NCBI RefSeq assembly: GCF_000743755.1
Contig: NW_014569526.1
Span: forward strand, 1-64,000
Reading direction: 5' to 3'
Length of the DNA: 64,000 bases
DNA from: Blastocystis sp. subtype 4
Lineage: Eukaryota
Positions within the stretch are counted from its first letter, which is position 1. Each line of letters opens with the position of its first letter. Below, piece after piece: positions 1 to 11,397 of the stretch. Below the pieces are notes generated by a model. The model did no database searches and had not been told where the DNA came from. It saw nothing but the letters and a program-made list of their open reading frames with translations. The position numbers and the translations under genes are program-made.

Positions 1-256
1 GGTGACAAAGTGCTCTTTGGCTGAGTTGGTTCCTAAGCTGTGTAACGAGACAATTGGAGCTCGTATTCAGAAGGAGTGTGTGAGAATCTTCCCTCTGGAA
101 AACACTATGATTCGTAAGGTGAAGATGCTGAAGGCTCCTAAGTTGGATATGGCGAAGCTGATGGAACAGCACAGTGAGGTTGTAAGAAAGGAGGAGGAAG
201 GAGTGAAGGTGGAGGAACAGGTTGCTCCTCTCCCTGGTGCTGGAGGCCGTCTGTAA
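1..256 (+). CDS. RPS3A: 40S ribosomal protein S3a/eS1, 3' end (5' truncated by window)
   Basis: IFPLENTMIRKVKMLKAPKLD matches the eS1 C-terminus. TAA at 254-256; TGTTTGTT at 309-316. Confidence 0.95.
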   Translation, partial: VTKCSLAELVPKLCNETIGARIQKECVRIFPLENTMIRKVKMLKAPKLDMAKLMEQHSEVVRKEEEGVKVEEQVAPLPGAGGRL

Positions 257-308
257 GATGGAATCTCTTTTGTGGGTTAAACGATGTTTCTTTTGTACTC
301 TAGTCGTA

Positions 309-323
309 TGTTTGTTACAAACA
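309..323. terminator. Bidirectional 3'-end motif TGTTTGT-T-ACAAACA
   Basis: Perfect 7-bp inverted repeat between convergent RPS3A and the CTD phosphatase. Confidence 0.75.
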
Positions 324-327
324 GAGC

Positions 328-1494
328 AAGACAAGATGATCGAGTCAATGGTTTCCTGAAGATGGAAAAGTGACTTCAACATTGGTCTAACATCATCTAC
401 TACAGCCATCGCACGAATACAAGTCGCAAGATTATATAATTCGCGATCCTCCCAATCGTTATACCACGGACGAATCGGAATTCCATTCTCAATATGATAT
501 CCAAAACAACTAATTGAGTTATCTACAATAACCGTTCGTTCCTATTAGTAAATGATCAACAGCATCCCTACCAAACGACGACCCAAACGATTCAAGTCCT
601 TCACATAGTTTCCGTTAATAAACGTACAACTATCCCGAAATAATCGATATCTCACGATAAAAACAATACAAGACTCGTACTTTATAAACCTATGCTCAGG
701 ATCCAACACATCAAGCATCTTGTCTGCATATTCACGAACAGAAGCTGTGAATACAATTACTTCACAAAAAGAGGAACAATAACTAAGGAGTTCCTTGGCA
801 TAAGGTCGAATTCGTGCGTAGATAGTTACAGGATGACCTTCCCATAAAATAGTATACTTTGCATGATAATGTGTCAATGGATCAGTAGAGCAGTGAACTA
901 GTGTTTCATCTAGATCTAATACGACAGTGAACTTCGGATCAGATTCACGAGGTGGAAGCAATTCCGTTTTAAATTCACTATCAATCGAGCTGTATAATGG
1001 AAGGGACTTTACAAAGAGAATTCTATGTTTTCATTCACCAATATAGCTTACGGGGCATAGTCCACTGCATTCAGTGTTTCCTCTTGCACATATCCCTGTT
1101 GTGGTGCTGATGCAATAACACTTGTCTGGTATAAACCAGTTACCCCATCCAATTTGTATTGACTACTCTGTTCCACAACCACTTGGGACGCACGAACCAA
1201 GGTCTGCTCATCAGACTTGTCGTCATACACCGAGACAGTTAATTGGGCAGAATCGTCTGTATATAATACATATCCATTAAGTTCTACCAACAGTTACAGT
1301 TTCAGAAGGAGATAAGATGGAACGATCAATCTCGCTCTGACTATGTGTACTTGTGTGCAAGGCTTCATTTGTTAATGACTGACGTGATGTAGAGTGACGG
1401 ATCACAGAACTACAGTATTAAGCCATTACTACATCTCCTATTACCTTGTGGACATTTGTGGATTCTCAGATGCTTCGACGTAATATGGGTACAT
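328..1494 (-). CDS. FCP1/SCP-family CTD small phosphatase (CTDSPL2-like); multi-exon; no genomic stop codon
   Basis: Motifs VLDLDETLVH, RPY, VFTASVREYA, YVKDL; last exon VIVDNS...NGIPIRPW. 30-nt introns (e.g. 651-680). Last-exon frame has no stop to the window edge; in-frame T at 328 lies 4 nt before a TGTTTGTA motif. Confidence 0.88.
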
Positions 1495-1580
1495 TGAATC
1501 TATGAAAAACTGTGCAGAAACCTTTCAAACTTGGATGATGGGATTAAACTGATTAAAACAAACATTATCATGCACTCAGT

Positions 1581-2774
1581 TTAGTACTTGGCAAAAACCA
1601 GAGGGTTCTCATTACACATGTTAGCAAGAACGTTGTAATACTTGAACTGATAGTCGTTACGTCCAAAGATAGCCTCCATCTGAGCAATACCAGCCTTGTA
1701 GCAATTGAAATCCTTCACAGGGCCAGGATAAGCAGAATATAAACGATCAGCCTTAGCAATGGAGTTGAAGTAACGATCAATCTGCTGACGAAGAGACACC
1801 TCCTCCAGATACAGCTTCTCATACTTTCTCTTCTCAGCACCAGTGGAAGTCAGATACTTATGACGGAAGTACAGCATCTTGTTATCACGAGAGTCCCAAG
1901 CTTCCACAGGAACCTCCTTGTACACCTTCTTCTCAGGGAAACCAACGTACTCACCAATCAGATCCTGAGAGAAAGACACATCTCCATAACGAGAAGCGTG
2001 GCTCTTAGTCACACCAGCCTTAATACGAGTCCACTGCTCCTCCAGAGTCTCAGTCTTCTGCTCACCCTTGTCAGTATCCTCCATCCAGAACACAGAGAAC
2101 TCATCACCAAGGCAAGAACCAATGTTCTTTCCCTTGACAACAGCCTCCTCACCACAATACCAACCCCAGCTCGACTCCCTATCGTTAGCAGCAGTCACAA
2201 TGGTGATACCCAAATCCTCAGGGAAGCCCACACCCATTGATCCAGAGTAGCAAGCCTCAATGTACAGAACGAAGTGCTTGTACATCTTCTTCTCATGCAT
2301 CTTCTTAAGAGTATTCTGGAAATCCTCCTTACCCAGATCAGAGGAAGGCCAGCAGAGTACATCAGAACCACCATGGTCAGAGAAGAACAGGAACACATTA
2401 TCCTCCTCAGTCGACTTCAGGACTTTCTTTCCAGTGCTCTCATCTCCCAGAAGCACCTTCATGAAGTTCTCAGGGGTATTATCCTTGCCCTCATAATCAA
2501 CAACAACACCCTTATACACATCGGGAACATCATCACCAGGATGATTGTACAGCTCTCCAGGGAAAGGATTCTCACTGCTTGAAGCAACATCGTTGTACAT
2601 CATAGTAATAATGTGATCCTCGGGAATACCACCAGCCTTCATGATCTGATAGGCATGAGAGACATCAGCCTGATGTCTGTAGTTCCAGAAGCCATCCGAT
2701 CCAGCAACCAAAATAGCCCAGTTGGCAGCAGAAGCCAGAGCCAACACAAGAAGCGAAAGCGTCAATGATTTCAT
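1581..2774 (-). CDS. LGMN: Legumain / asparaginyl endopeptidase (peptidase C13); secreted; intronless
   Basis: Signal peptide, WAILVAGSDGFWNYRHQAD, catalytic SDHG and EACYSG. TGTTTGTT downstream at 1557-1564. Confidence 0.96.
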   Translation of the reverse strand: MKSLTLSLLVLALASAANWAILVAGSDGFWNYRHQADVSHAYQIMKAGGIPEDHIITMMYNDVASSSENPFPGELYNHPGDDVPDVYKGVVVDYEGKDNTPENFMKVLLGDESTGKKVLKSTEEDNVFLFFSDHGGSDVLCWPSSDLGKEDFQNTLKKMHEKKMYKHFVLYIEACYSGSMGVGFPEDLGITIVTAANDRESSWGWYCGEEAVVKGKNIGSCLGDEFSVFWMEDTDKGEQKTETLEEQWTRIKAGVTKSHASRYGDVSFSQDLIGEYVGFPEKKVYKEVPVEAWDSRDNKMLYFRHKYLTSTGAEKRKYEKLYLEEVSLRQQIDRYFNSIAKADRLYSAYPGPVKDFNCYKAGIAQMEAIFGRNDYQFKYYNVLANMCNENPLVFAKY

Positions 2775-3270
2775 CACTTACGAAAAAATATGTGAGATCA
2801 ATATGATCGGTAATGACGCTGACATTTTCGATAGTTACATGACAATTACCGAAATGCCGATTCCGCATTCTACTTGAATACATAATAATCTATATAATGG
2901 ACATTTCCTATCCTTTCTATAACCAAAGAATATAACTTTAAGATAGTCTAGATACTGTGCTAGCTCCTGAATCCAGAATAATTGGTTGTAATCGATTTGG
3001 GAGTTTCAATTTGTCATTAGAGTCCAATCATTCATGGTCGTTAATCATAAAGGTTGATATTGCAGCTTACGAAAGAACTCGTTGAAACAATATATAAAGA
3101 AACTTAGAATCGGGATGTACATAGAACATACAATTGTAATAGTAAGATATGATCAAGAGAATTGGAGCAAACAACCAAGAGATTTTAACAATTATCATTC
3201 AAGGAATCTATTTGCTGCGTTTCTTCCTTAAATGAGTGAGGACCATAAAAAGAAGAGAGAAAGAAAAATT

Positions 3271-3343
3271 CGATCACGGTGGGACTCGAACCCACAACCT
3301 CTGGATCCGAAGTCCAACGCGCTATCCATTGCGCCACGTGACC
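3271..3343 (-). tRNA. tRNA-Arg(TCG)
   Basis: Reverse complement GGTCACGTGGCGCAATGGATAGCGCGTTGGACTTCGGATCCAGAGGTTGTGGGTTCGAGTCCCACCGTGATCG folds as a 73-nt cloverleaf with anticodon TCG. Confidence 0.96.
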
Positions 3344-3462
3344 TCTTGAATAGGGTTGACCTGCTTCATATATAAGGAATAGAATCCACTTTATGAACGA
3401 ACTTGTTTTTGCATCTATTCAATCCCTTATCACTAGATATTTCTAACAAACGAGGATTAAAA

Positions 3463-6400
3463 CTAGATGAGTTCATATAACACTTTATCGATTCTTGTCA
3501 CAATTCGATTCAATTCATTTGGTTCAATCTGAAGGGAACGAGCCACATCTGTCTGAGTGGGTGTAGGAAGCATAAGATACTTTCGAATAATACCCATATC
3601 AATCATCTTCTTTCCATGTGGGTATTTGCGTACTCCCTCTACATGATACTGTCTATCCAATAAAACCATTCTTAAACCGATACCGGAAATTGTCAGGATT
3701 CAATGCAGCAATTTGTGGTAATGTATCAATAATACACTTTTGTAACGATAATAATACCATATAATCCTCACCTGAGATTGGCATCACAATACCAACTTCT
3801 CCCTCAGCTGTAGTAATTACATTATATCGATTATTGTCGTGAGGAATCACACAAATACTACTAATTGGTGAAGCCAAGTGAATGCTTGATTGGCGATCCA
3901 GATGCATTCCTAATCCTCAAATTTCTATTTCTCTCTTACGATCCTTCTGATAACGATAAATACTATAATTTCCTTCCATATCGGATTTTGACAAAAACAC
4001 ATTACGATCACCAAACAACCAGCTTGTATGAATAACATGAGAAGGTTCATCATCTCTACACTGTAGACGGAAATATTGTCCCTATTCAATAACAACATAT
4101 TATAGGAACTACAGTCCAAATAAGAAAGGTGAGTCCATGATTCAGATCACTTATCAGAACAGTGTTCTTGATAACTGTTAGGCTTGTCACATAATTTGCA
4201 ATATCATACTGTTCACCTAATTCTTCACGCTTTGTCATATCCATCAAACTGATTTTACTCCATCCACTTACTACTCCAATACTTGCTCCTTTTGCCAACA
4301 CCACATATTCCTGATCACGATGACACATCACTTCACATGCCATTACACAACGACCCATATCTTTCACCCATGCCAATTCGAGAGGTACTGTCTTCTCATG
4401 TGGTGCCAAATCAATCTTAAACACATACAGTTTGCCACCACATATCTCTACATCCAACTGACCTGAAGTCACACACACACATACAAGAAGAAGAGGTACT
4501 TTTGGACCATTGGGTTCGATAGCGAAGCGATCTGTGTATTTGAGACACATCACTCGCTCGTTTGGAGGCAACTCATAGCTACAAATTAGTAAGGATTTCT
4601 GGAAGTACTGAGAGTGAAGGTGAACACCATTCATTAACACATACAAATAGTGTAATTCGGCACATGGACCTGAAACTATGTATAATTGGAATTCCAAAAA
4701 GAATCACGATTTTTTTCATGTTGATAGTAATCAGTTCCATAGAGAGGAGATGAGTCCTGTACATTGCCACGAGAATATGAGAATGCGATTGCTATTAACT
4801 CATTATCCCCGTTACTATCGGCTTGGATATAGGTCATGTGAAGAATGTTGTAAGGATGAGGAGGTGACTCTACCAGAGCTACATGAGACTCCACATCGGA
4901 AGAAGGAACCAAAGTGGGCATCTCCATCAAGGCCAATTTCTCCGAGTCGTCGGATGTAGCTGTGAGGAGGAGGTGATACGGAGGTGAAGCCATATCAAAT
5001 GATGTGAAAGCTGAGATTGGAAGCGACTGAAGCTCTGTGAGACCTCCCTAACTGTGATCGAAAATGATAAATGAGACGAGTCGAAGGACCTGAACATGAC
5101 CACGAGGAGCGGCAATCATTAGTGGAGGAGAAGAGGCAAGGAAGATAGCTCGTTGGCCAGATATGTTGTCAACATAATGAAGAGAGTGTTGGGCTGTTAG
5201 AGCAGTAGGTTTAGATCCCAAATCACAACGCAACCAATTCAGTGAGTGGTTCATTTGTCGATACACAAATGTCTCTTCATTGGATAACACACACTATTCA
5301 TTACAAGTCTCATTGATTCTTACAGTTAGTACACATTCTTGCATCACTTGCTCATCACTCACTCCCACTTCTGCTATCATTAACTCACGAACAAATACAT
5401 TGCGACCACGGTTCTTACCATCCGATGGCTGTAGGACACTGTTACCAACATAGATCTGCGAATAACTACAAATTTCCGTGAATCCCGGTAACGAATAGAC
5501 ACGAATACTTCCATCGTTGTAAGCAATGAACACCACACATTCCATCTTAGTCGTATCATCCTTCATCTCTTCTTCCATCTGCTCTGAATCCTCATAAGCC
5601 ATATCATCACCTCCTTCTTCAAATGGAAGTTGAAGCAAGAGAGGAGATGATATGGCTTGGGTTGCATAAGTAAGTTGAGTTGCAGAGATTGAAGTAATAG
5701 GAACCTAAATATAATTCGATCCATCACCAAACTAACTATTGAAGTTTGAAGACATGTAAATTGGATTTGTTTTCCAGGTTGCATCAAGTATACTTCATTC
5801 ATAGCAGTGATCAGTATTACATAGTGATCAACTGTACTCACATCACGTATTACTGTATTCTTTAGTACATCCCAATTCTGATCAGTAATCATATCGATTA
5901 CTCCTTCTTCGTACATCACTTTCAATCCCTTATTCCAGATCTGAATACACACATAGCCATCACATCCCCAAACAGATCCTTCCATCTCTACCAATCCAAC
6001 ACATCCAACACGTAGATTGAATCCACATTCATCACCTCGAAGTTTAGTTAGATTCTGTCCATTTATCAAAATCACATCTGTGTGAACATCATCACTCAAT
6101 ACAACATGAGAATGATATGGCAATAATTCCTTCTTTAAATGGAATGCCTGAATCAGATGATATCGATTCGAATCTGCAGGCTTCTCTAAAGAGAAGGATG
6201 ACAACGTATTCAGAGAAAGATTGAGATACAAACGAGTGACGAAGTTTGTTTGTGAATTGTGATTACTAATACGAGTGTAACCATGAGCATAGAGAAGATA
6301 ATTGTCATCATCACGATGATTCTTCTCATCTGTAATCAATTGACAAAAATGGGGACTATTTTGATCACCAAGAGAATCACAGACAGTTTGATGAGTAAGA

Positions 6401-7723
6401 GAGTAGAGAACACTACGTGCAGTATTGCTTCCTGCAAACAGCAACGTCGTATCCTGAACTCGAAATGTCACGGCACTAGTGACATCCGTTCCCACCTCCT
6501 GAATACTTTTGAAACCACATCCAATCATATGTCCATTTCGAATCTCTACAGAGAGAGAATACAAACATCCATTGCCTTTCACAACAGTATACAACAGAGT
6601 TTGATTCAGATCATCCTCTCCCAATCTCTCTGTAAGACATATATGACAATTATCGAGAAGAATCGACTCCTCACAACGTGAACAAACACGGGGATCATTA
6701 AATACTGACTTAGGAAACTGAGACGCACGTTCCTGAACGTACTGCTTTCCATAGTCACTAAGAATGAGAAGACGTGGTGACTGAGAGGCGAAGGAAAAGA
6801 GGATATGAGAACTGATCAGAAGGAAGGCTTGATCAGGAGAAGGAAGTGGCTCCACATGTGTACAGTCATATGGAAGGCCATAATAACTATAAACCACACG
6901 ACAGTCCTTGATAGCAGGAGTGATTGCTGCTAAAAAGAGACTGGTATTACTTCCATTGTATCCAGCTGTACCGGCCCAAGTTGGCGTCGATTCCTACATC
7001 ACCATCATAGGTAAGAGACCTACTTCAACTAGCACCATTGTTGGTAAAATGCTGTTGTATAAGAATTGGAGATCTTTGAGCTGTCCTCGAATACCTAAGG
7101 ATGATTTGTATACCACAAAGTGATTTCCAAGTCCGTTCGTCAATAATGGAATTATCACAATCACGTAGTAGTTCAGAACCACAGCAATACATTGATAATT
7201 GGGATCAACACGGATCAATCCACGATTTTGAACAAAACTTGTATCAGAAAATTCAATCTCGCGACCAGACCCTAGAAATCACTTTTACCTATTTCAACCT
7301 ACCATCTAGAGCAACAACAGCTTCCTTATGAAAATCTAGACAATCAAAGTCCTGTAAACCTCCATTTTGCTCATCAAATGCAATTGTAGAAACATAGTTT
7401 CCTCGGAAACTCAAAATTAGTGCATCACGGCTGTCTTTTGCATATAAAGGAGAAATCTTGCGTAATGGAATTGGAGCAATACACAATATTTCACCACTAA
7501 GAGAAAATTCATCCATAACCTTGAGTTTGTAGACAGGAGTAGATTGATTGTTTTTATCCGTTGTATCGTGATCATACTTCACAGCTTTATATACAATCAA
7601 TGTGTCGGAAGAACAGGTGATGATATTGTCTTCTTGTCCATTGTAGAATTTGGCCAAACAGCATAACTTTGCACCTGTCGCCTTTTGGATAGCATTATAC
7701 AGGAAGTAGATGGAGGAGGCCAT
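3463..7723 (-). CDS. CPSF1: Cleavage and polyadenylation specificity factor subunit 1 (CPSF160); multi-exon
   Basis: N-terminal RDALILSF and RVDPNYQCIAV, LPYDC motif, C-terminal CPSF-A region (LPQIAALNPDNFR). DDB1/CPSF160/SF3B130 propeller layout. Confidence 0.85.
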
Positions 7724-7800
7724 TTTTTGCCTATTCTAGGTGAACTGGAATGGCATAAATACAACCGATTTTTGTTGCTTTTCAATCCTATCTGTCGATA
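7724..7800. promoter_or_regulatory. 77-bp bidirectional promoter between CPSF1 and the SF3B3-like gene
   Basis: Divergent ATGs at 7723(-) and 7801(+). Confidence 0.6.
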
Positions 7801-10800
7801 ATGTATTTATACCATCAGACACTTTCTCCATCATCGACAGTCTATCACGCTCTAAGTGGTACGATTATTTCAAGAGAGTCATTGATAGGTCACTTTATCG
7901 ATAATAATACCACACATGTTCTTTATTATATGGGGAAGTCATTTTCACTTTATTTGCTTGAAGATGACAATTTGCGATTCTATCATAAGCATATGATTCA
8001 CTATCATATTAAGAATATGAAAGTTCTGCGGTTGAAGAGTTGATTTGAATCATTAATTTGATCAAATAGACTATCCTCGCGATTTGATCGTTACTACAAC
8101 CGATGATTCTCAGTTAATTCTCTTTGGGTACTCTAGTAATAGCGGAAATTTTGTTCCGGTAGTCAAAACGATGCTTCGCGAAGAGGACGTAACAGGAGAT
8201 TATATTAGTGTGGATGATGGTGGACAGTATATTTTAATCGGTATTTGTATGCACTATATATTATTTAGGTTCCATTCAGAGTACCTTTTGCATTTACAGT
8301 ATCACCTATGATGGAAACCAAATATCCATGCAATCAGGTCGTCACGAGTTTAAATCGTCCATCTTTTATGATATGGCAATTTACTCGGTCGGTGAGAATG
8401 TGTACATTCTGACCCTTTTTCGTGAGTATGGATCGCATCGATCTAAAACTCTCTCTATCTTTTCTCTTCAAAATGATGAGGATGAAGGACTTCTTCAACA
8501 CTGTTACACACATGCAGTCCCATCAACCAGTAATCATATCTATCAAGGAATATATTACGGTCTTAACTATGTTGTGATTACTCGCGAGCGAGGTTTTGAG
8601 TTAGGAATTCTACTTAATGACAACATGATCTCTGTGACAATTCCGAATTCATCTCTTCTCTCTGCCTGTTTGATACGAAATGATTGGATTTTGTTGGGTT
8701 TGGATTCAGGAGGACTGGTTTTGTATACGAAGAATACTCTTAGACCTGTGGTTCTGTCAGATGAGTTGCAGACGTCTGTTTTTTCACATATCGTGGATTT
8801 GGGTGATCTGATTCTTCTCATTGCAGAAGGAGGAAACAGTTTTCTTGTAAAGGCCAGAGATTTGTATCAGATTGAGTTGACTTCTATTCGATCCAATCAA
8901 ATCACTCAATCAATGGCCCCTTGTTCTGAGATGTGTATCTCATATGATGATGGATACCCTGTCCTTTCCTTCATATCGGGTCGTGGAGTGGCAAGTCGGA
9001 TGATTGAAGGCAGATATGGAATGGTATTGAGCTTGGATAAGCGATTGTCGGAAGGAACAACTCATCATATCTATGTTATCAGATGGAAGAATGAATCATT
9101 CTTATGTATCTCAAATCAGACACAAACAAATGTATTTAGAATGATCAATGACTCTCTTCTTCCATTCTCTCTTACTGAACTGTCTCAACAACCATCGCTT
9201 GTCATTGGTACAATTGGTAACACATTGATTCAAGTGGTCTGCGATTCAATTCGTTGGATAGTGGGTGAATCAATCCATTCACATTCCATTTCTATGATTA
9301 CAAAGGCTTTCCTATTTGATTCTGAACTGTTCGTTATTGTGAATTCAACAGAGATATGGAGATGGTCGAATTCATCTCTCTATCAATGTGAGTGTGTGAT
9401 GAAATGTGATTCACCCATCCTCCAAATAGACTATCTAGAGGATAACAGATGGACTGTTGCTACTTCCAATTCAGTTCGTTTGATTCAATCAGGCACTGAA
9501 GTCTTTTCAATCTCTCTTCCTTATCCTCCTCAATCCATCACTCATTTGTCAACATTCCATTCGATTCTTCTTCTGATTCAGCTTCCATCTACAGTCCAAT
9601 ATTATCAAGTGATGAGTGAGTCTCTCATTCTTCTCCAGACTATCACGATTCAATCAAATGCTTCTCTTTCTCGTCTAGCGATCAGTGGGATTGAAATAGT
9701 GACTCTCTCTCCATACATCATTCTTCCTTCCTCTCCATTTCAACTCCTTCCTGTTACTATTCTCTCCAACTCACACTCCATCTCCTCTTCTTTCTCTATC
9801 ATTGAAGTTCCATCTGTCTTATCCACTCCTTCCGTTCTTCTGGTTTATGATTCTCAATCAATCTATCTATCTCACTGTTCCTTGAAAGGTTGTCAACTCG
9901 ATCTGCAGTATGAATCGATTGTAACATCTGTCCAACACATCTTTCAGATGAATTCTGATCAACTCATTCTTACGAAACATTCACTACCATCTCTCATATT
10001 GTATCGACTCCAGAATCATAACTGGACTTCTCAAGAGTTATCATTATCTCCAATCACTGCTCTCATCACACTCGATACTCGAGTCATTGCTGTTGTAGAA
10101 TCCAATCCCTACGAACTCATTTGTTTTTCTTCATTCCCTGATATCACTTCTTCCATCACATTCTCCCTTCCAGCAGCAGTCTCTCTCCTTCAGCCTCTCC
10201 CTCAATCTCATTGTGTACTAGTTTGCGGGGATTCTCTCTGTGTCTATCATATCGCTCACACCATTGAACTTATTACTTCTCTCACTGTATGTTTAATTCT
10301 TCTCTCTCACATCAAGCTGCCCAATACTCATCTCACCGCTCTTCTTACCTACCAAAATACTATCATTACCACTTCAGCAGATGGAGTGATCTCATTCTTT
10401 CGCTTTATCGAATCCAACTCACTTATTCGCATCCTCACATTCCCATCCTTATATCACATCATCTCTGCCTGTCTCCTAGATCCCCGATCTATTGCTGTTG
10501 GAACATACGAAGGAATACTCTGTATATTCCGATGTGTTCGAAGTGTAGGAATGAATCATGTTATTAACATATAGTTGAAAGATCATGAATGTCTTTCCAC
10601 TCGTTCTGCTGACAGAAATAGTGTCATTTTTTGTATTTATTTGTATTATGAGTAGATGGAATTGATTGCTTCAATCAATCTCCGAACCATCGTTACATCG
10701 ATTAGGGTTGCTCATATCCCTTCTCATTCTCCTGTTATCCTATATTCTACGATTAATGGATCCATTGGACAGATTACACAAATCTCATCTTTCTCTCGGA

Positions 10801-11055
10801 GTCAAACTCTACTACGACTTCAATCAGCTGTTGAACGACAACTATTTGAGAGTGGTTGGACTCGTGAGAATGCCTATCTGTTGCCTTCTGATGTAACGAT
10901 CTATTTGTGGTACTATATAGGGAATGATTGATGGAGACCTTTGTTGCCAGTTTTTTGATCTGACTAGTACTGTTCAGAAACAGATATGCAGTGAGATAGA
11001 ACTCGATGAAAAGACTATTCTTCCTCTGTTATGCTCCCTACAAAGTGGAATGTAA
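7801..11055 (+). CDS. Divergent SF3B3/Rse1-like beta-propeller protein; multi-exon
   Basis: Start MYLYHQTL resembles SF3B3 MFLYNLTL. Also ISGRGVAS, ILYSTINGSIG and C-terminal IDGDLCCQF (SF3B3 IDGDLCEQF). TAA 11053-11055. Confidence 0.72.
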
Positions 11056-11064
11056 CATAATTCG

Positions 11065-11081
11065 TGTTTGTCCAACTAACA
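11065..11081. terminator. Bidirectional 3'-end motif TGTTTGTCCAACTAACA
   Basis: Between convergent SF3B3-like and Duo1-like genes. Confidence 0.55.
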
Positions 11082-11089
11082 ATCTCTTA

Positions 11090-11333
11090 TCATTTCACAG
11101 AATTGTCAGGTTGTAATATTCTCCTCCACATCTCAACCCATTGTTCACATATAACTGTTGATCTAACGATTAATTTGAATTTCAAATGATTACTTATTTA
11201 GAGAAATAGAAAGAGCATCGAGATTGCCCAATGTCGTTTGTAGATGCCGATTGATGTTGGAAATAGCCATATTACACTCTTGGAGTATTATTAGATCCTT
11301 TTCGGGATCAGAATTTGAAGTCTCCACCTGCAT
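11090..11333 (-). CDS. Small two-exon 70-aa coiled-coil protein, DASH/Dam1 subunit (Duo1)-like
   Basis: ATG 11333, GT-AG intron 11163-11193, TGA 11090-11092, TGTTAGTT downstream. Protein MQVETSNSDPEKDLIILQECNMAISNINRHLQTTLGNLDALSISLNKSTVICEQWVEMWRRILQPDNSVK. Not in the ORF track. Confidence 0.6.
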
Positions 11334-11397
11334 AACAAATCAATGTCTGTTCAAATAAACAAAAATATTCTAAATGATACAACATAAATGATCATTC

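Noticed and set aside
1860..2582. Plus-strand ORFs within legumain
   Set aside because: Antisense shadows of a strongly codon-biased gene.
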